Source: Bdellovibrionales bacterium (lineage in GTDB: Bacteria > Bdellovibrionota > Bdellovibrionia > Bdellovibrionales > UBA1609). From it: a DNA stretch of 64,000 nt. The DNA lies in NCBI GenBank assembly GCA_965203095.1, contig OZ241877.1, positions 448,001 through 512,000 on the forward strand. The letters are read 5' to 3'. The notes under the pieces were generated by a model. It was not told where the DNA came from, did no database searches, and saw only the letters and a list, made by a program, of their open reading frames with translations. The first letter of the stretch is position 1, and the number at the start of each line of letters is the position of its first letter. Below are positions 19,507-29,846 of the stretch, one piece after another. A program made the position numbers and the translations under genes.

Positions 19507-20786
19507 AAACCTCTATTCAAGTTAAAACTTTTGGATGTAAGCTCAACCATTATGATAGCCTTTTGATTGAGCAGGAGCTTAAAGGCTTGAACTTACAAAA
19601 AAAATTGTTTGTTTTAAACAGTTGTGCCGTCACCGCTCAAGCGGGAAAGAAAATCCGGAAAATAGCCGATAAAATTAAAATCTCCCATCCGGATAGTCTT
19701 ATTGCTTTGACAGGTTGTGGTGCTCAGGTGGAGTCCGATCTTTATGAAAAGACAAAATCTATTGATCTCATTGTGGGCAACTCCGATAAAAAAAACCTGA
19801 GCTTGATTTTAAAAAAAATTTCCGACAATCAAAATCCTCCTGTTAAAAATAAAGTTTTTAAATCCAACATTTTTAAGTCTTCTGGAATTTTTAGCGATTT
19901 TGTGCCTCCCGATCCGGACAGGACCAGAGCTTTTTTAAAAATTCAAGATGGTTGCGACAGCTTTTGCTCTTTTTGCATAATTCCCTTTGCCAGAGGGAAA
20001 AGCAAAAGTTTGCCAATGGAGTTTTTAGCCCAATCCATTCAAAAACTGGAAGAACGAGATGTCAAGGAAGCCGTTTTAACGGGTGTTCACATTGGAGATT
20101 ATAAAGATGGGGATAAAGGCTTAGAAGATCTTTTAATTTATCTTTTGAAAAAAACCCAGATCCCTCGCCTTCGCCTGACCAGTTTAGAGCCGGTGGAAAT
20201 TACTGACAAACTCTTAGAACTATTTAACGATGAAAGGCTTTGCCCTCATTTTCACATCAGTTTACAAAGTGCCAGCACTTCTGTTTTGCAGTCCATGAAA
20301 AGGAAATACAGTCAAAAAGAAGTTCTAATGGCTTTTAAAAAAATCAGCCAAAAAGTTCCTAAAGCTTTTGTGGGTTTAGACATGATTGCTGGATTCCCCT
20401 CAGAGTCTCAAAAAGATTTTGAGGAAAGTTATAATGTTTTAAGAGATCAAAATTGGACATGCATTCATGTCTTCCCTTACAGCAGTAGAAAGGGGACTTA
20501 TGCAAATTTCAAATACAAAAATCTTCCGGATAAAGAGCGATACCGAAGGGCTGAGCTTTTAAGACGACTCAGTGAGAGCCGGCTCAAAAGCCAGATGGAG
20601 AAACAAAAAAACGAAAGGAAAAAGATACTCCTTTTCAAAAAAAACAATCAAGAAGGTTTGAGCCGGGACTATTGGAAGGTGACTTTACCCCCTTCAAATG
20701 CAAAGGGGGAGAAAACAGCTCTTATTAAAGGGCCGGACATAACAAAACCGGGATGGTTAAAAGGGGCTTGGCCTCCGTGCCATTAA
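19503..20786 (+). CDS. mtaB: tRNA t6A methylthiotransferase (MiaB/MtaB family)
   Basis: TFGCKLN, NSCAVT, KIQDGCDSFCSFCIIP, HVFPYSSRKGT. Confidence 0.9.
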   Translation: MKTSIQVKTFGCKLNHYDSLLIEQELKGLNLQKKLFVLNSCAVTAQAGKKIRKIADKIKISHPDSLIALTGCGAQVESDLYEKTKSIDLIVGNSDKKNLSLILKKISDNQNPPVKNKVFKSNIFKSSGIFSDFVPPDPDRTRAFLKIQDGCDSFCSFCIIPFARGKSKSLPMEFLAQSIQKLEERDVKEAVLTGVHIGDYKDGDKGLEDLLIYLLKKTQIPRLRLTSLEPVEITDKLLELFNDERLCPHFHISLQSASTSVLQSMKRKYSQKEVLMAFKKISQKVPKAFVGLDMIAGFPSESQKDFEESYNVLRDQNWTCIHVFPYSSRKGTYANFKYKNLPDKERYRRAELLRRLSESRLKSQMEKQKNERKKILLFKKNNQEGLSRDYWKVTLPPSNAKGEKTALIKGPDITKPGWLKGAWPPCH

Positions 20787-20807
20787 GCTTTCAGAGCTGA
20801 TATTTTA

Positions 20808-20832
20808 GTCGCTCGTGAAAACGAGAATCCAG
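20808..20832. repeat. REP-like palindrome
   Basis: GTCGCTCGTGAAAACGAGAATCCAG between convergent genes. Confidence 0.6.
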
Positions 20833-20869
20833 AAAAACTTGCCCCCTTAAATACCCATGAACCTTTTAT

Positions 20870-22759
20870 TTATCTTTGGTAAATTTTTTCAAATTGTTTT
20901 TGGATATGACAGATTGTTAAAGGCCGGCCATCATATTGCAAAAGGGATTTCATCTTTGGGGCGGATTTTGGAAATTCAGCACTTAACAACTGCTTCAACT
21001 GCCCACCTCTGTTTTGCTCCACAACAAAAATTTCTGACTGCTCTTTTAAAAAACTCTCTACCCTTTTAGGGAAAGGGAAAGAGCGGATACGAATAAAATT
21101 GCTTTTTAAGCCTTTATCTTTTAAAAGATGTCTCAATTCTTGAACGACGGCCTCATTGGGGCCAAAGGTGACAAAGGCTAAACTTTGTTTTGAAGAGGAT
21201 TCAATAATAGGTTCCGGCATAAGCTTTTTAGCATTTTCCCATTTCCTTTTGAGTTTATTTAATTTCCAAGAATAATCTTCTGGCCTTTCAGAATACTCTG
21301 CTTTTTTGTTATGGCCGGAGCCACGGTCTAAGTGAGCCTCCTTAGGGTAGTGAATGCCGGGCAAAAAACGAGGGGATATGCCATCTCCTTTGGGATCTTC
21401 ATATAAGAACTTTGTTTTTGCTAAGTCCGTCCCTTTTAATAATTTCCCTCTTTTTAATGGCCGGGGGTTATTTTGAAAAGTCTGGCTCAGTCTCAAATTC
21501 ATCCCTAAATCCAAATCGCTTAAAACAATCACTAAAGTTTGCAATTCCTCTGCTAAGTCAAAAGCCTGAGCTGTTAAATAAAAAGCCTCTTCTGGTGTTC
21601 CTGGCAAGAGGACAATGTGCCGGCAGTCTCCGTGAGATAAAAAAGCGGAAGAGAGGAGATCTCCTTGATGAGTTCTTGTAGGGAGACCTGTTGAAGGCCC
21701 AGCCCTTTGAACATTGCATAAAACCAGAGGGATCTCTGCAAAATAGCTTAAGCCTGCCCCCTCACTCATCAGGGAAAGGCCTGGCCCTGAGGTGGCTGTC
21801 ATAGCCCGAAGGCCCGCCCAACCCGCTCCAATGGCTTGAGCGATGCTTGCCAATTCGTCCTCTGATTGCAAAACCACAAACTTTTTTTGCCCTTTCTCAT
21901 CTCTTTGATAAGTGTTGGCCAACTTTTCAAAATTTTCTGCAAGGGAGGTGGCCGGGGTGATAGGATACCAAGACAAAAACTGACAGCCGGCACTTAAAGC
22001 ACCTAAGGCCATACAGGTATTCCCATCTATCAAAATTTTATCTGAGCTGGCTTGGTTTTGTTTGTCTGTTGCTGTTTTATTTTCCTCTTTGAATTTAAAA
22101 TTTGGTTTTTTTTGAAAGTTCCCACCTGCTAATGTTTTTTTAGGAATAGGGAAGGGAATTTTATAAGCTGAGGCCAAATCCCGCCCTATATTGAGAGCCT
22201 GTTGGTTGTTTTTAAAAGCACTACTCTGTTTTTCTATAGAGAAAAAGTCTTTTAAACTCTGTTCAATAAGGCTTTTTTCCAACTGGAACCATTCACAAAA
22301 AAGCCCCACATAGATCATATTTTTAAGTAAGGGGCGGATTTTGGGGCTGATGTTTTTTAAAGAGGAGCTGAAAGGGATCGGCCAGATTTGAACATGGCTT
22401 TGAGTAGTGGTTTTATTGCTAACTAAAGGCTTTTTTATTGTTTTTTCTAATTTGTCTTTTTCATCCCCAATCAAAAGCCCTCCGGGCTTCAGATCATTTA
22501 GATCATCTTGCAGGCTTTTGGGATTGAGGCTGATCAGAATATTTGCTGGGATAGAAAATCCCGTCCAGCCTTTCTCGCTTATCCTCAAGCTGTAAAGGCA
22601 GGGCAGACCGGCAATATTAGAAGGGAAAAAGCTATAAGCCCCCAGCCTCCAGCCGGCACGAAAAAGCATTTTTGTTAACAGTTGATTGGCGGAAAGACTC
22701 CCCGTGCCATTCACTGTGGCAATGTTAATTATGAGATTTTTCATTATGCCTTTACCCAC
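20870..22759 (-). CDS. korA: 2-oxoacid:ferredoxin oxidoreductase alpha (gamma-alpha fusion) subunit
   Basis: WYPITPAT, QSEDELAS, TATSGPGLSLM, QRAGPSTGLPT, VVEQN. Confidence 0.92.
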   Translation of the reverse strand: MGKGIMKNLIINIATVNGTGSLSANQLLTKMLFRAGWRLGAYSFFPSNIAGLPCLYSLRISEKGWTGFSIPANILISLNPKSLQDDLNDLKPGGLLIGDEKDKLEKTIKKPLVSNKTTTQSHVQIWPIPFSSSLKNISPKIRPLLKNMIYVGLFCEWFQLEKSLIEQSLKDFFSIEKQSSAFKNNQQALNIGRDLASAYKIPFPIPKKTLAGGNFQKKPNFKFKEENKTATDKQNQASSDKILIDGNTCMALGALSAGCQFLSWYPITPATSLAENFEKLANTYQRDEKGQKKFVVLQSEDELASIAQAIGAGWAGLRAMTATSGPGLSLMSEGAGLSYFAEIPLVLCNVQRAGPSTGLPTRTHQGDLLSSAFLSHGDCRHIVLLPGTPEEAFYLTAQAFDLAEELQTLVIVLSDLDLGMNLRLSQTFQNNPRPLKRGKLLKGTDLAKTKFLYEDPKGDGISPRFLPGIHYPKEAHLDRGSGHNKKAEYSERPEDYSWKLNKLKRKWENAKKLMPEPIIESSSKQSLAFVTFGPNEAVVQELRHLLKDKGLKSNFIRIRSFPFPKRVESFLKEQSEIFVVEQNRGGQLKQLLSAEFPKSAPKMKSLLQYDGRPLTICHIQKQFEKIYQR

Positions 22760-22826
22760 TATTTTTTTGGCAAGGGTGGGTTTTTGCCTTTAAAATAAGC
22801 CCTCAAGTTTGCTTGTGGAAACCTCT

Positions 22827-24215
22827 TTATGGCTTGGGGCTGATCATGTCTTTTGGGGAAATCCACTTGTCAAACTCTTCTTCAGTCACAAAGCCTGACT
22901 GAACCGCTGTCTCTTTTAAGGTTTTTCCACTTTTAAAAGCGGATTGGGCAATTTTTGTGGCTTTGTCATAGCCAATATGTGGGTTGAGTGCCGTGATCAG
23001 CATGAGGCTACTATCTAAATTCTGTTTTATTTTCTTTTTATTGGCTTTTAAACCTTTAAGACATTTTTCTCGAAAATTGTTTAAGCCATCATTTAAGAGG
23101 CGAGCAGAGCGGAGGCTGTTAAAAAAAATAAGAGGCTTATAAGTGTTCAGTTGAAATTGCCCGCCGGCTCCTCCTAAGCTCACAGCTAAATCTTGCCCCA
23201 TCACCTGAGCACAAAGCATACTTAAGGCTTCGCATTGGCTGGGGTTGACTTTACCGGGCATAATGGAACTTCCCGGTTCATTGACTGGCAAAGTAAGCTC
23301 CCCTAAGCCAGCACGAGGCCCACTGGCTAAAAGGCGAATGTCATTGGCTACTTTAGTCAAGCTGACAGCTAAGGTTTTAAATGATCCGCTCAGCTGAACA
23401 AAGCTATCGTGGCTGGCTTGGGCTGAAAAATTATTTTTTGCGGGTTGGAAGGGATAACCGGTTTTTTCTTTCAAAAAAGCACAAACCTTTTCGCTAAAAT
23501 GAGACCAGCTATTGAGGCCCGTTCCTACGGCTGTTCCTCCAATAGGGAGACTCAATAGTTCGGCAAGGCTTTTTTCTATCCGGCTTTTATTGAGCTGGAT
23601 TTGTTGGTGAAAGGCGGAAAATTCCTGCCCCAACGACATAGGGACAGCATCCATTAAATGGGTTCGCCCTATTTTTATAATGTCTTTAAACTCTTCTGTT
23701 TTGGCTTTTATTGCCTCAGAGAAGAGGCTCAGTGCGGGAATGAGATTTTTTTGAGTAAAAATATAGAGGGCTATCCTCATAGCCGAGGGGACTGTGTCGT
23801 TAGAGGATTGGCCTTTATTCACATCATCATTGGGATGGATACTTTTATCACCGACTTTTCCTTTAGAAAGTTGAATGGCCCGATTGGCAATCACCTCGTT
23901 GACATTCATATTGCTTTGTGTCCCGCTTCCTGTTTGCCATACACTTAAGGGGAAGTGATCGTTTAGAAGACCCTGCTGGATCTCTACGGCGGATTTTATA
24001 ATCCATTGGGCTTTTTTTTTGTCCAACAGACCTTTTTCTAAATGAGCTTTAGCTGAGCATTCTTTGATAAGGGCTAAGGCTTTAATCAGCTCTATGGGCA
24101 TGAGGTCTTGGCCGATTTTAAAATTTTTTAACGACCTTTGGCTTTGCGCTCCCCAGAGTTTGTCTGCGGGGATACTCACTTCGCCCAAGCTGTCTTTTTC
24201 TGTCCGGGTCTTCAA
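22827..24215 (-). CDS. fumC: Class II fumarate hydratase
   Basis: WQTGSGTQSNMN, HPNDDVN, GSSIMPGKVNP. Confidence 0.97.
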   Translation of the reverse strand: MKTRTEKDSLGEVSIPADKLWGAQSQRSLKNFKIGQDLMPIELIKALALIKECSAKAHLEKGLLDKKKAQWIIKSAVEIQQGLLNDHFPLSVWQTGSGTQSNMNVNEVIANRAIQLSKGKVGDKSIHPNDDVNKGQSSNDTVPSAMRIALYIFTQKNLIPALSLFSEAIKAKTEEFKDIIKIGRTHLMDAVPMSLGQEFSAFHQQIQLNKSRIEKSLAELLSLPIGGTAVGTGLNSWSHFSEKVCAFLKEKTGYPFQPAKNNFSAQASHDSFVQLSGSFKTLAVSLTKVANDIRLLASGPRAGLGELTLPVNEPGSSIMPGKVNPSQCEALSMLCAQVMGQDLAVSLGGAGGQFQLNTYKPLIFFNSLRSARLLNDGLNNFREKCLKGLKANKKKIKQNLDSSLMLITALNPHIGYDKATKIAQSAFKSGKTLKETAVQSGFVTEEEFDKWISPKDMISPKP

Positions 24216-24310
24216 CAGTGCCTCCTTATTTTATTAAGATGGGTTCATGAGTATTTTCCTCATATTTTTGATAATAGCAAGGTTCATGAATCATAATTTG
24301 TGAGAGATTG

Positions 24311-24337
24311 TTGTTCCTGCCTTGAGTGGGAATCCAG
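24311..24337. repeat. REP-like palindrome
   Basis: TTGTTCCTGCCTTGAGTGGGAATCCAG. Confidence 0.6.
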
Positions 24338-24374
24338 AAAAGCCTGTTCTCGTAAAAACAGGGGTTTTTCTCGC

Positions 24375-24482
24375 AAAAAATCTACATTTAATGGATCGCA
24401 CAAGCAAAAAGTCCAGCTTGTTCGGGACGGCAATACCTTGGACCCTCACCGCTGGCTTTTGCTTGTGCGATAAAGAACAGAG
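24375..24482. repeat. ~108-bp long-stem hairpin repeat, copy A
   Basis: Near-identical to 51676-51782; arms ATCGCACAAGCAAAA..CCAGC / GCTGG..TTTTGCTTGTGCGAT. Confidence 0.85.
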
Positions 24483-24532
24483 ATTTTTTATAGGCAATTT
24501 TTTAGTTTTTTTGCCTGATCTGGCTTTTTTTC

Positions 24533-24560
24533 TAAAGTTTTTTAAACAAAAAACCGATAG
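24533..24560 (+). promoter_or_regulatory. sigma28 (FliA)-like promoter
   Basis: TAAAGTTT-N12-ACCGATAG versus consensus TAAAGTTT-N11-GCCGATAA, 9 nt before ATG 24570. Confidence 0.6.
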
Positions 24561-24569
24561 GTCTTTATA

Positions 24570-27288
24570 ATGAAGAAAAATAGACCCTTGGAAAGTTTGC
24601 CAAAAAGCTCCCTAAGCTTTTTAGCTCCCGTGAAAACGGGAATCCAGAAATCTTTTCCGCAAAAACTTATTGAAAAGTCTTATTCCTTAGCTTTTTGCCC
24701 AAAGGCCATTTCATTTCGGGACGGTAAATTTACCCCCCCCCCCCCCCCCCGAAAAACGCTGTAAATTCAATAGTTTAAAGCATTTTAAACACAAAAAAAC
24801 TTTTCTTTTAAATAATAAAGGCTTTTCTATTACCGGTGTTATGGTGGCCTCCACTATTGGGGTTATAGCCATGACGGGCATGGCTAAACATGCGGCTTTG
24901 ATAGCCCAACAGCAAAAACAACTTAATCAGGAAAGGGAGCTGAATGCTTTTTGGGAAAGGTTTGGGACTGAAACTGATTGTAAGGAAACAATAAAAGGCT
25001 GGCTCAATCAGAATACAGCTCCTAACTATCCAGCCCCTACAAGTGCTCAAAAAGCTAAGTTAGCAGAGGGGACTGAAGGCAATGAGATAGAAATCAAAAT
25101 CATAAAGAAGTCAGCCAGCTCTAATCTTTTAGATGTTCATGACACTACAAACATTTTTAGGCGATATGGTTTTACTCCCCGCTTTTTTGTTTTGAGATGT
25201 AATCCAGCAGACAATGGGGGGAGTTGTGATTGTCGGACTTCTGCTCATACCTATTCAGGCGGGGCTTGTAAAAAAACTTGGATGCTTATCCCTGGTGTTC
25301 AAAGGGGAATGACTTTTATTAGAGGAAGGGTTTTGAATTTAGATATTGAGTGGTCGTCTGCTCCTGATAGCACTTATACTAATTTTGATTGCACTAAAAT
25401 AGGAACAACAGGGGGCAAAAACCGCTGTTATAAAGCGGAGGCAACTGGGAGCAGAAGAACCCTTGCTGGATGTGGTAGCACACAATCACTTGGTGGCACA
25501 GGCACAACCGCTTTTGGTAATGATGCGGGCCTGTCGGCTACTATCACGGGGTCTGAAAATAATTTTTTTGGTAAAGGAGTTGGTGGAAGTGCCACAGTGG
25601 CTGGGCACTACAATACTTTTTTAGGATTTGCTGGATATAGGGCCAAAGTGGACGGGACATATAATAATTTTTATGGGAACCAGGCTGGCAGAGAGTCCAC
25701 AGTGGCAGGCGGGCACAATCTTTTTATTGGGTATTATGCAGGGAATAAGGCTACAGTTAGCGGGGATGGCAATCATTTTGTTGGCAGACAAGCTGGCTAT
25801 CAAGCCACTTTGGCCGGGAGTGCCAGTCATTTTTTTGGTAATCAAGCGGGATATAAAACAACGGTGACTTCAGGTTCAAGCAACACTTTTGTTGGCACTA
25901 ATGCTGGCAGAGAAGCCACAATCTCAGCCGGTGGTAATCATTTTTTTGGGGACAATGCTGGGAAAAAAGCCACAGTGAGCGGAGGACAAAATCATTTTAT
26001 TGGTGATCATGCCGGCCAATCCGCTACAGTGGCCGGGGCGAGAAATACCTTCTTAGGGGACAGTGCGGGATGGAATGCGGATATAAGAAGCGGGGCCGAT
26101 GGCAATGTTTTTATTGGGCAGAGTGCGGGAAAAAAAGATCATGGCACAGGCACAGGCGGTTATATATCAGGGGATTTGAATGTCTTTTTAGGGCATGCCG
26201 CCGGCCGGACTGCTAAAGTTTCAGGTGGGTATAATACCTTTTTGGGAGCTGGGGCTGGGGACAAAGCGACTGTCTCAACAAATGCCAACGGCAATACTTT
26301 TTTAGGGCAATATGCGGGGAGCAATCAGTCCTTTTCAAGGAGTGGTGGAACTTATATCCGGGGCAATCAGATCAATCTCAGATCTCCCCGCTCTCAAACA
26401 CATGACGGGATTTTTCTCAATGCAGATAAAAAGATAGAAATCAAAGCTCCCGATGTAAAAATAAAAGCTCAAGGATGGTTATGTCCTGCTGGACAAGTCC
26501 TTAGAGGATTTGACACTTCTGGGAATAAAAATTGTGTGGCCACTGGAGGCACAGGCTGGAAACAAACTTGTTCAGGGGGGCAATACCTAAGAGGTTTTAA
26601 CAGCTCAGGGAATAAGGTTTGTTTTGGAGGGTGTCCAGTCCATCAGAGTTGGAATGGGAGTCAATGTGCGAATCGTTGCCCCACGGGGCAAGCTTGGTCT
26701 GCCACTTGTGGAAATGTATGTATCCCGGTATGTGGGACAGGTCGAATCCGGAACAGGGAATGTGGTAGTTGTAGGGATCTCCGTTGTGGAGATCCAGGAT
26801 ATAACGGACCCTGTGGCCCATCATCCAAAGTTTATAAAAAGAATATTCGTCCCTTTAATGATATGGAAAAGGCTTTGAAGGACATTTTAGAGACTCCCCT
26901 ATTCACTTATTATTTTAAGGATAAAAACAATTTTCCTAAAAAGAAAAGAATGGGAGTGATAGCGGAGGACTTGCCAAAAAACTTACAGCTTAAAGGAAAG
27001 CCTATTGCCCCGGACTGGCCCTCTATCTATGGGACATTGTGGGCCGGGATAAAAGCCCTTCATTCTAAGATAGAAACAAAATTCAAAACTCTCAATTCCA
27101 CAATAGAGGCAAAGTTTAAAGCCCTCAGCAAAACCAACAATGAGTTTAAAAAAGAGTTGGCCAATACTAAACAGGAACTAAAATCAGCCAATGAAAAAAT
27201 AGACAGCCTCTCAAAAGAATTAAAAGAACTAAAGTCCAGCTTTGAGAAAAAAGGACTAAACAAAATAGACAATCAGCCGATAAGATAA
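24570..27288 (+). CDS. Frameshifted (putatively phase-variable) fibre adhesin: prepilin-like N-terminus, Gly-rich repeats, Cys-rich modules, peptidase S74 chaperone and coiled coil
   Basis: The 815-aa ORF at 24841 is open upstream through NNKG|FSITGVMVAS to the C18 tract. ATG 24570 joins this frame after loss of one C. NxFxGxxAG repeats; SSKVYKKNI..GVIAEDLP..YGTLWAGIKAL S74 motif. Confidence 0.8.
24733..24750 (+). repeat. C18 homopolymer tract
   Basis: 18 consecutive C in an AT-rich sequence. Confidence 0.95.
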
Positions 27289-27313
27289 ACAGGAAACCTA
27301 AAACGGAGGGACT

Positions 27314-27868
27314 ATGAAACAAATTATTTTAATCCTTTTATGGATTGCAATCCCAGCTCAGAGCATTGCAATCCCCTTTGATAAAAAAAATTTAAAATAT
27401 AAAAAATCTTTAAAAAAAAGTGATCTCCACTATAAGAAATTAAGAGGTTCACTTCATGATAAGAAACAAACAAAAAAACCAGTTGATCCAACAAAACAAG
27501 CAGAGCTTATTAAGCAAATAAGGAAAGGCAAAAAAGATTTGGCGGGAGCAGACTTGAGAGGGGCAAACTTAGTGAGAACGAACTTACAGAATACAACCTT
27601 GAATTGGGCGGACTTTGAGGGGGCGATCTTAATAAGGGCGAACTTGAGAAGAGCATACATGGAACATGCAAACTTGAGAGGGGCAAAACTGCATGGGGCG
27701 GACTTTGAGGGGGCGATCTTGACAGGGGCGGACTTTAAGGGGGCGATCTTGACAGGGGCAAAATTTAAAGGAACAAACCTAATTTTTGCTTATATAGACT
27801 CAAAATATCGTGACATGATTATGGCCAGCGGAGCATTGAACACAGACAGGATTAACTGGTGGGATTAA
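27314..27868 (+). CDS. Secreted pentapeptide-repeat protein, unit 1
   Basis: GGAGG RBS, signal peptide, A(D/N)Lxx repeats, KYRDMIMxSGALNT tail. Confidence 0.92.
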   Translation: MKQIILILLWIAIPAQSIAIPFDKKNLKYKKSLKKSDLHYKKLRGSLHDKKQTKKPVDPTKQAELIKQIRKGKKDLAGADLRGANLVRTNLQNTTLNWADFEGAILIRANLRRAYMEHANLRGAKLHGADFEGAILTGADFKGAILTGAKFKGTNLIFAYIDSKYRDMIMASGALNTDRINWWD

Positions 27869-28014
27869 GCCTCTAAACCCTCTATTTTTCTCTCTAATCT
27901 TTATCTATATCAAAAGCCTCAGCTATAAAACAAGCTCAGCCCCTTGTGTGAAAAAATTACAATAGACCCTCTAATTCTTTACTTTCCCGGACAATCCTGC
28001 TATAACCAAACACA
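27866..28014 (+). repeat. Array spacer repeat carrying a sigma70-like promoter
   Basis: Copies at about 28546-28693, 29150-29297, 29763-29846 (short), 30303-30441 and 31213-31270 (partial). TTTACT-17-TATAAC at 27978-28006. Confidence 0.9.
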
Positions 28015-28548
28015 ATGAAAATACTATTTAGCCTTATCCTTTTAATGAGCTTGCCGGCTTTTTCTGAAAACACGGAGCCAGTTGATCACACAAAACAAGC
28101 AGAATTGATTAACCAAATCAGACAAGGGGAAAAAGACTTGAGATGGGCAGACTTGAGAGGGGCGAACTTGAAAGGGGCGGACTTATCAAAGACAGACTTG
28201 AGATGGGCAGACTTGAGAGGGGCGAACTTGAAAGGGGCGGACTTATCAAAGACAGACTTGAGATGGGCAGACTTGAGATGGGCAGACTTGAGAGGGGCGA
28301 ACTTGAAAGGGGCGGACTTATCAAAGACAGACTTGAGATGGGCAGACTTAAGAAAGGCAGAACTGGAGGGAGCAAGCTTGTCTAGGGCAGACTTAACAAA
28401 TGCAGACTTGAGATGGGCAGGCTTGGAGGGGGCAACCCTGTATAGGGCAGATTTGACAGAGGCTTTTATGAGCTTAACCTATAAATATCGTGACATGATT
28501 ATGCACAGCGGAGCATTGAACACAGACAAGATTAACTGGATGGATTAA
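28015..28548 (+). CDS. Secreted pentapeptide-repeat protein, unit 2
   Basis: Signal peptide, WADLR/GANLK/GADLS repeats. Confidence 0.92.
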   Translation: MKILFSLILLMSLPAFSENTEPVDHTKQAELINQIRQGEKDLRWADLRGANLKGADLSKTDLRWADLRGANLKGADLSKTDLRWADLRWADLRGANLKGADLSKTDLRWADLRKAELEGASLSRADLTNADLRWAGLEGATLYRADLTEAFMSLTYKYRDMIMHSGALNTDKINWMD

Positions 28549-28693
28549 GCCTCAGACCCCTCTGTTTTTCTCTCTAATCTTTATCTATATCAAAAGCCTC
28601 AGCTATAAAACAAGCTCAGCCCCTTGTGTGAAAAAATTACAATAGACCCTCTAATTCTTTACTTTCCCGGACAATCCTGCTATAACAAACACA

Positions 28694-29152
28694 ATGAAAA
28701 TACTATTTAGCCTTATCCTTTTAATGAGCTTGCCGGCTTTTTCTGAAAACACGGAGCCAGTTGATCACACAAAACAAGCAGAATTGATTAACCAAATCAG
28801 ACAAGGGGAAAAAGACTTGAGATGGGCAGACTTGAGAGGGGCGAACTTGAAAGGGGCGGACTTATCAAAGACAGACTTGAGATGGGCAGACTTGAGAGGG
28901 GCGAACTTGAAAGGGGCGGACTTATCAAAGACAGACTTGAGATGGGCAGACTTAAGAAAGGCAGAACTGGAGGGAGCAAGCTTGTCTAGGGCAGACTTAA
29001 CAAATGCAGACTTGAGATGGGCAGGCTTGGAGGGGGCAACCCTGTATAGGGCAGATTTGACAGAGGCTTTTATGAGCTTAACCTATAAATATCGTGACAT
29101 GATTATGCACAGCGGAGCATTGAACACAGACAAGATTAACTGGATGGATTAA
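28694..29152 (+). CDS. Secreted pentapeptide-repeat protein, unit 3
   Basis: Same protein as unit 2 minus 25 aa of repeats. Confidence 0.92.
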   Translation: MKILFSLILLMSLPAFSENTEPVDHTKQAELINQIRQGEKDLRWADLRGANLKGADLSKTDLRWADLRGANLKGADLSKTDLRWADLRKAELEGASLSRADLTNADLRWAGLEGATLYRADLTEAFMSLTYKYRDMIMHSGALNTDKINWMD

Positions 29153-29297
29153 GCCTCAGACCCCTCTATTTTTCTCTCTAATCTCTATCAATATCAAAGC
29201 CCTCAGCTATAAAACAAGCTCTACCCTTTGTGTGAAAAAATTACAATAGACCCTCTAATTCTTTACTTTCCCGGACAATCCTGCTATAAGACAACCA

Positions 29298-29765
29298 ATG
29301 AAAATACTATTAAGCATTATCCTTTTAATGAACCAGACGGCTTTTTCTGAAAACCCGGAGACAGTTGATCCCACAAAACAAGCAGAATTGATTGAACAAA
29401 TCAGGCAAGGGAAAAAAGACTTAACAGAGGCAAACTTGCAAAAAGCAAACTTGTATAAGGCAGACCTGACATTTGCAAACTTGACAAGGGCAGACTTAAC
29501 AGAGGGATTTTTGATAGGGGGATTTTTGATAGGGGCAAATTTGATAGAGACAAACCTGCAAATGGCTAACCTTGCGGGGGCAAAGTTGATGGGGGCAGAC
29601 TTGACAAAGGCAAACTTGACAAGAGCAATCTTGTATAAAGCAACCTTGACAGGGGCAGACTTTAAAGAGGCTAACTTATTGTATGCTTATATAGACTCAA
29701 AATATCGTGACATGATTATGGACAGCGGAGCATTGAACACAGACAAGATTAACTGGATGGATTAA
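29298..29765 (+). CDS. Secreted pentapeptide-repeat protein, unit 4
   Basis: Same head and tail, divergent pentapeptide core. Confidence 0.92.
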   Translation: MKILLSIILLMNQTAFSENPETVDPTKQAELIEQIRQGKKDLTEANLQKANLYKADLTFANLTRADLTEGFLIGGFLIGANLIETNLQMANLAGAKLMGADLTKANLTRAILYKATLTGADFKEANLLYAYIDSKYRDMIMDSGALNTDKINWMD

Positions 29766-29846
29766 GCTTTTGCCCTTTTTGTGAAAAATTTACAAAAGAC
29801 TCTCTAATTCTTTACTTTCCCGGACAATCCTGCTATAAGACAACCA

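Noticed and set aside
24291..24570. Short ORFs 24291-24497, 24322-24570, 51600-51791 and 51692-51883
   Set aside because: They are translations of the non-coding hairpin repeat; their mutual similarity reflects the repeat
24841..27288. Prophage tail gene
   Set aside because: No other phage genes nearby; pilin-like N-terminus and host-type promoter favour a cellular adhesin
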